Assembly: GCA_043718025.1 (NCBI GenBank)
Contig: JAYSWN010000038.1
Coordinates: 1 to 40,799 of the forward strand
Reading direction: 5' to 3'
From: Pseudomonadota bacterium
GTDB lineage: Bacteria; Bdellovibrionota; FAC87; UBA2466
DNA length: 40,799 nucleotides
The notes below the pieces were generated by a model. The model ran no database searches, was not told the origin of the DNA, and worked only from the letters and a program-made list of their open reading frames with translations. This document shows positions 36,556 to 40,799 of this stretch, one piece after another (position 1 is the first letter of the stretch; each line of letters begins with the position of its first letter). The translations under genes were made by a program, and so were the position numbers.

Positions 36556-37047
36556 ATGACGGTAATCGTCTTTCAAGTCAAAGAATACCGCTGCGCTTTG
36601 CGCGCCGAAGAGGTGGAAGAGCTTTTGCCCATGGCTAAGCTCTCGAAAACTCCCGGCATGCCAAGTTCTATGGAGGGCATGCTCAATATCGGTGGAAAGA
36701 TTGTACCCGTCTTCAGAATGGATCGACTGTTCGGAACGAGCGAAGTCTCGCTTTCTCTTTACACCCCAATTCTGCTCGTAAAAACAGCCAATGGGACAAT
36801 GGGATTCATAATTGAGAAAGCCCTTGGCGTTCACGTGGTCGCCGATAAAGACGTTGCGCAACTAAAGACATCGACGGGGGCACTAGATTTAATGGAAGCC
36901 GAAGTCACCATCAACGAGCAGCGGGTTTCGCTATTAAGCGTAAGCAAACTGTTACTTCGCGACGAACTCGGGAAGGCAAAAGAATATGAAGACCTGATCA
37001 CCATCAAGAAAAAAGAGGAAGAGCTACTTAAGACCATTGCCGCCTAA
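36556..37047 (+). CDS. cheW: Chemotaxis coupling protein CheW
   Basis: ALRAEEVEEL, TPGMPSSMEGMLNIGGKIVPVF and MGFII. Confidence 0.9.
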   Translation: MTVIVFQVKEYRCALRAEEVEELLPMAKLSKTPGMPSSMEGMLNIGGKIVPVFRMDRLFGTSEVSLSLYTPILLVKTANGTMGFIIEKALGVHVVADKDVAQLKTSTGALDLMEAEVTINEQRVSLLSVSKLLLRDELGKAKEYEDLITIKKKEEELLKTIAA

Positions 37048-37052
37048 ACCAA

Positions 37053-38438
37053 ATGACAAAGCCTTCTCAAAAAACAGCGGCTCACTATTCAAATACGCAG
37101 AAAAATGCGGATGAGAATCTCGTTGCGCTCGAAATGGTACCTCGCTTTCTTATTGCTAGATCAGGACTAAAGTACCTTGAGGCGAACCCAGCCGACTTAG
37201 AACGGCTAGTGCGAGCCCGAATGGCCGATTTACAAATCACCAATGAAACCGAATATCTGGCCTTTCTTCAAGATCGAGAAAAAGGCGAAAAAGAATTCAA
37301 CCTCTTGGCTAAAGAGTTAACCGTCGGAGAAACCTATTTTTTCAGACACCGTGAGCAGTTCGAAGCGGTAAAGAGAGTAGTTCCCGAGCTCCTGGGCCGT
37401 AAGGCCGTCGGACAAAGTTTAAAAATTTGGAGCGCAGCCTGCTCAAATGGCGCCGAGCTATACTCCCTGTCAATTCTGCTTAAAGATAATTTCTCGGCAA
37501 TGCTCGGAGATGCGGCCCCGCTTCTGGTGGGCACCGACATTAATTCTGACTCGCTGGACAAGGCCAATGCCGGCGTTTACGAAGAGTGGAGCTTGCGTGG
37601 AGTGAGCGACTCAGACCGGGATAAGTATTTCGAACGAAACCAAAAGAAAAGCAAAATTCGCGATCAGTACCGCCAGGGCGTAACTTTTATATTTCACAAC
37701 CTAGCAAGCGACCCCATCCCCTCCGCGGCTCACAATCTATTTGGCTTCGACATTATCTTTCTTCGCAATATTCTCATCTACTTCGACCCGAAAACACTCA
37801 GTACATTCCTTGGTAACATTGCTGAAGCTATGGTTCCCGGGGGATATCTGGCCGTGGCCCCGGCCGAAGTGGGACCCGATTTTGAAAAGTGGTTCGAGCC
37901 AGTTTTATTTCCCGGTTCTCTACTTTACCGCAAGCCGCTACTGCCAAATTCTGTAGGTAGAAAGTCCGAAAAGATGAAAGTGGCGCCAGTGGCGGCGGTC
38001 AGAACAATCAGGACCGCTTCCGATCCCGAAGCCGCGAACCAGGTAACTCTGGACGCCGCAATGGCGGGCGCTAATTCCGGCAAACTCAGCCATTCAAAAC
38101 ACTTACTCGAAACCCTAATTAAGAACGATTCGATGAATTTCGAGGCCCATCACTACCTTGGCCTAGTGAACTATAATTTGGGCGATACCAGTGAAGCGGA
38201 AAAGAACTTCAGGCGGGTACTCTATCTGCGGCGCGACTTTTTTCCAGCCCAATTTCACTTGGCAATGATCTACCGCAAGGTGGGCGACCTCCCCGAAGCC
38301 ACCAAGATTTTGGAAAGAATCGAAGCTAAACTCGCAAACCAAGCGCCGTCAGAAATGATTTATGCCCGAGAAGAGCTCCGAGTGGAAGACGCGTTAACGA
38401 TGGTACGGTTTGCGCTGCAAGCCGCCGACAAAAAATAG
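37053..38438 (+). CDS. cheR: CheR methyltransferase with C-terminal TPR (WspC/FrzF-like)
   Basis: LTVGETYFFR, KIWSAACSNGAELYS, GTDIN, FHNL and FDIIFLRNILIYFD, plus TPR EAHHYLG..FRRVLYL. Confidence 0.93.
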   Translation: MTKPSQKTAAHYSNTQKNADENLVALEMVPRFLIARSGLKYLEANPADLERLVRARMADLQITNETEYLAFLQDREKGEKEFNLLAKELTVGETYFFRHREQFEAVKRVVPELLGRKAVGQSLKIWSAACSNGAELYSLSILLKDNFSAMLGDAAPLLVGTDINSDSLDKANAGVYEEWSLRGVSDSDRDKYFERNQKKSKIRDQYRQGVTFIFHNLASDPIPSAAHNLFGFDIIFLRNILIYFDPKTLSTFLGNIAEAMVPGGYLAVAPAEVGPDFEKWFEPVLFPGSLLYRKPLLPNSVGRKSEKMKVAPVAAVRTIRTASDPEAANQVTLDAAMAGANSGKLSHSKHLLETLIKNDSMNFEAHHYLGLVNYNLGDTSEAEKNFRRVLYLRRDFFPAQFHLAMIYRKVGDLPEATKILERIEAKLANQAPSEMIYAREELRVEDALTMVRFALQAADKK

Positions 38439-38446
38439 GGTACCGT

Positions 38447-39016
38447 ATGGGTTCGACCGCATTCGATTGGGAAAAAGTAAAGAATGAGCTGCAAGCTTCG
38501 ATCGAAGGGCTAACCACGGTTAAAGAAGACCCCCGACGAATCGAAAGGGTCTATCAAGAACGCGCCGAACGTTACGCTAAACGAGATTTAGAGAAAAAGC
38601 GCGAAAGTACCGAACGCTGGCTAATGGTCCCCTTTTTGGAGGGAAGCATGGCGGTTCCATTGGCTTTGGTTTCCGACGTTTTAAAAGCCTCGATACTAAC
38701 CGACGTACCCGGCTCACCGCCGGAGCTCATAGGGTTTATTTCGTTTCAGGGCGAGATTGTACCGATATTGGATCCTTGGGTGCTGGTGGGAAAAGCCCGG
38801 CCACAAACTAAGGACCAAGGATTTTTTCTACTCATAAAGCGCGGGTTAGATCGAGTGGGAATATCCGTGCCGCGAATTGAAGCACTGACCACCATTCCCA
38901 AATTTACCCAGAGTGCTTGGGGTCAATGCCCCGAGCTAAACACCTATTTCAGAGCCTGGGGCGCCGATGGAATTATCCTTTTAGACGCTGTAGCGCTTGC
39001 AGAAGGCTATCTCTAA
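38447..39016 (+). CDS. cheW: Second CheW-like protein with an N-terminal helical extension
   Basis: ERAERYA, LTDVPGSPPELIGFISFQGEIVPILD. Confidence 0.88.
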   Translation: MGSTAFDWEKVKNELQASIEGLTTVKEDPRRIERVYQERAERYAKRDLEKKRESTERWLMVPFLEGSMAVPLALVSDVLKASILTDVPGSPPELIGFISFQGEIVPILDPWVLVGKARPQTKDQGFFLLIKRGLDRVGISVPRIEALTTIPKFTQSAWGQCPELNTYFRAWGADGIILLDAVALAEGYL

Positions 39017-39037
39017 TTTTTTTCAACGAGGAAAACG

Positions 39038-40750
39038 ATGCTGTCAAAACTCTTTAAGAAGAAAAATAAAAGCCAGGAAACCACGGCCGTGGCGCCCACG
39101 CCAATCGCTGGAACCGGCGCAATTCACGCGGCGGCACCCCTGACCAAAATGGGGCTGCTCGGTCGGCTCAGCGTAGGCAACAAAATAGGAATGATCCTAG
39201 GGGTTTTGGTACTCACCATCGCCTTTATTGTGGGCTCAAATCTCTACTCCACCAGCCAAAACAAATCGCTGACTCTGTTAGTTGATGTCGCCGGTCAGCA
39301 GCAAGTTCTGGCGCAGCGCCACTTTGCGGAAGTGCTGATGGTGACCGGTGGATTTACCGCAGACTACTTGGGCACGCGTAAGCAGTTTTTCGATTCGTTA
39401 CACGCCATGACCGTTGGTGGATTAGTTTTTGACCTCGAAGGCAAACCGGTTGGCCAAGTGCTTAAGGCACCGACCGAACAGATTCAGCAGAATCTAAATG
39501 AGGTTCGCGACATCATGAGTGAGATCAGCTTAAAAGCCGATTTGTTAGTGAAGGAGACGGTTCACGACGCGGCCTACGCGGCCAAACTCAACGAGATTGT
39601 CGCCGGCAACCAACGACTCTACGCCGCCACCAATCAAGTGGTGCGCACGGTCCAAAATCACTCAGATGGTCGGATGCAATTGATGTTTAAACAGCAAATC
39701 GGCATCATCGGTTTTATTCTGATCTTCTCTCTTATTCTTAGCCTCAAAATAATTCGCGGCATCGTCACCCCCTTACAGGCTGTAGTGGATGTCTCGCTAA
39801 AAATTGCTCAAGGCAATCTATTGCAAGATAAAATTCGGGTCACTTCGCAAGACGAAATCGGACAGCTTTCGGCGGTGATTAACACCATGCTCGAAGGACT
39901 GAAAAAAATGGCGGTGCAGACGTGGGGCACGACCGAGAAGCTCTCGGCGGCAGCTAATGAAATCTTTTCAGCCACTCAGCAGCAAGCGGCCAGCACTAAA
40001 CAGCAAGCCGCAACCGTTCAGGAGACGACCGCGACGATGGAGCAAATTCGGCAATCGGGTCACCAAATTTCCGAGCGCGCTAAAGAAGTGGCCTCGCAAG
40101 CGGAAACCAGCGCCAACACCAGTCAATCAGGCGTTGAGGCAGTAGAAAACACCAGCAAAATGATGGAAGGAATCCGCCAACAGTTCGAAACCGTGGCCGA
40201 GCACATTATTAATCTTAGTGAAAAAGCCCAGGCGGTGAGTGAAATCATCAGTAACGTCAATGATATTGCGGAGCAGTCTAACCTTCTCGCGCTCAACGCC
40301 GCGATTGAAGCCGCCGCCGCCGGTGAACATGGCCGTAGCTTTTCAATCGTCGCTCACGAAATTAAGAATCTGGCTGACCAAGCGAAGCAGTCAACCTTTC
40401 AAGTTCGCGCCATCTTGGGTGAAATACAAAAGGGAATTAATAGTTCGGTGATGCTTGCCGAAGAGGCGGTCAAAAGAGTGGAGTCAGGTCGGTCCACTGT
40501 CGAAATCACTCACACCACGATCAACCAGATGGTGAAAACCACCCAAGAGAGTATCCAGGCGTTTCAACAGATCATGGGTGCCACCAACCAGCAGCAGATC
40601 GGCCTAGAGCAGATGACCCAGGCCATGAAGGATATTTTGCAAGCAAGCCAACAGACCGCCAGTGGAACCGGTGGCCTGGAACGCGCTGTTTCAAACTTGA
40701 ACACTCTGGGTCAAGAACTACGCAAAGCCATGGAGGCCTACCGAGTGTGA
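39038..40750 (+). CDS. Methyl-accepting chemotaxis protein (PilJ/NarX-like sensor, HAMP, signalling domain)
   Basis: Two TMs, P-box-like VDVAGQQQVLAQR, HAMP (SQDEIGQL) and IAEQSNLLALNAAIEAA..GEHGRSFSIVAHEIK. Confidence 0.95.
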   Translation: MLSKLFKKKNKSQETTAVAPTPIAGTGAIHAAAPLTKMGLLGRLSVGNKIGMILGVLVLTIAFIVGSNLYSTSQNKSLTLLVDVAGQQQVLAQRHFAEVLMVTGGFTADYLGTRKQFFDSLHAMTVGGLVFDLEGKPVGQVLKAPTEQIQQNLNEVRDIMSEISLKADLLVKETVHDAAYAAKLNEIVAGNQRLYAATNQVVRTVQNHSDGRMQLMFKQQIGIIGFILIFSLILSLKIIRGIVTPLQAVVDVSLKIAQGNLLQDKIRVTSQDEIGQLSAVINTMLEGLKKMAVQTWGTTEKLSAAANEIFSATQQQAASTKQQAATVQETTATMEQIRQSGHQISERAKEVASQAETSANTSQSGVEAVENTSKMMEGIRQQFETVAEHIINLSEKAQAVSEIISNVNDIAEQSNLLALNAAIEAAAAGEHGRSFSIVAHEIKNLADQAKQSTFQVRAILGEIQKGINSSVMLAEEAVKRVESGRSTVEITHTTINQMVKTTQESIQAFQQIMGATNQQQIGLEQMTQAMKDILQASQQTASGTGGLERAVSNLNTLGQELRKAMEAYRV

Positions 40751-40799
40751 GCGACCTCGAAGCAAAATTGAAAGAGGCCTTTCGCGAAGAGCTTGCCGC
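40747..40799 (+). CDS. cheA: Probable CheA N-terminus (Hpt domain), partial
   Basis: GTGA overlap with the MCP stop. MSDLEAKLKEAFREELA resembles the L..F..E start of Hpt domains, and operon context fits. Confidence 0.6.
   Translation, partial: MSDLEAKLKEAFREELA

Noticed and set aside
1..40799. CRISPR array, IS/transposase, integrase, prophage or rRNA
   Set aside because: No regularly spaced repeats, terminal inverted repeats or corresponding protein motifs were seen on reading. A computational scan would be needed to exclude short degenerate elements.

Overview
Bacterial chromosomal window (~50-55% GC by eye). The many orphan secreted proteins suggest Bdellovibrionota/Oligoflexia or a related deltaproteobacterial-type lineage (inference only). 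Left to right: a partial DUF5655-like gene, two secreted orphans, tRNA-Gly(GCC), an ECF sigma/zinc anti-sigma/STN-like operon, gph-rlmN, then a 7 kb lipid-amide biosynthetic cluster (AraC, nitroreductase-like, MFS, SAM methyltransferase, ThiF adenylyltransferase, FeeM-type N-acyl amino acid synthase fused to PilZ, fatty acid desaturase). That cluster looks like a split, expanded relative of the OxzAB oxazolone pathway with possible c-di-GMP control, and is the most notable item. It abuts a two-gene operon (HEAT/vitellogenin-like protein plus a secreted protein with three DUF1036-like repeats). Further right: an ABC-F ATPase, an output-less sensor-like protein, secreted orphans with sigma54-type promoters, wzm/wzt with two GT-C-like membrane proteins, a beta-barrel OMP, a gingipain-like C25 peptidase and the start of a Wsp/ACF-like chemosensory operon. 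No integrase, IS or CRISPR array was seen. All family assignments come from motif recognition by eye, not database searches.
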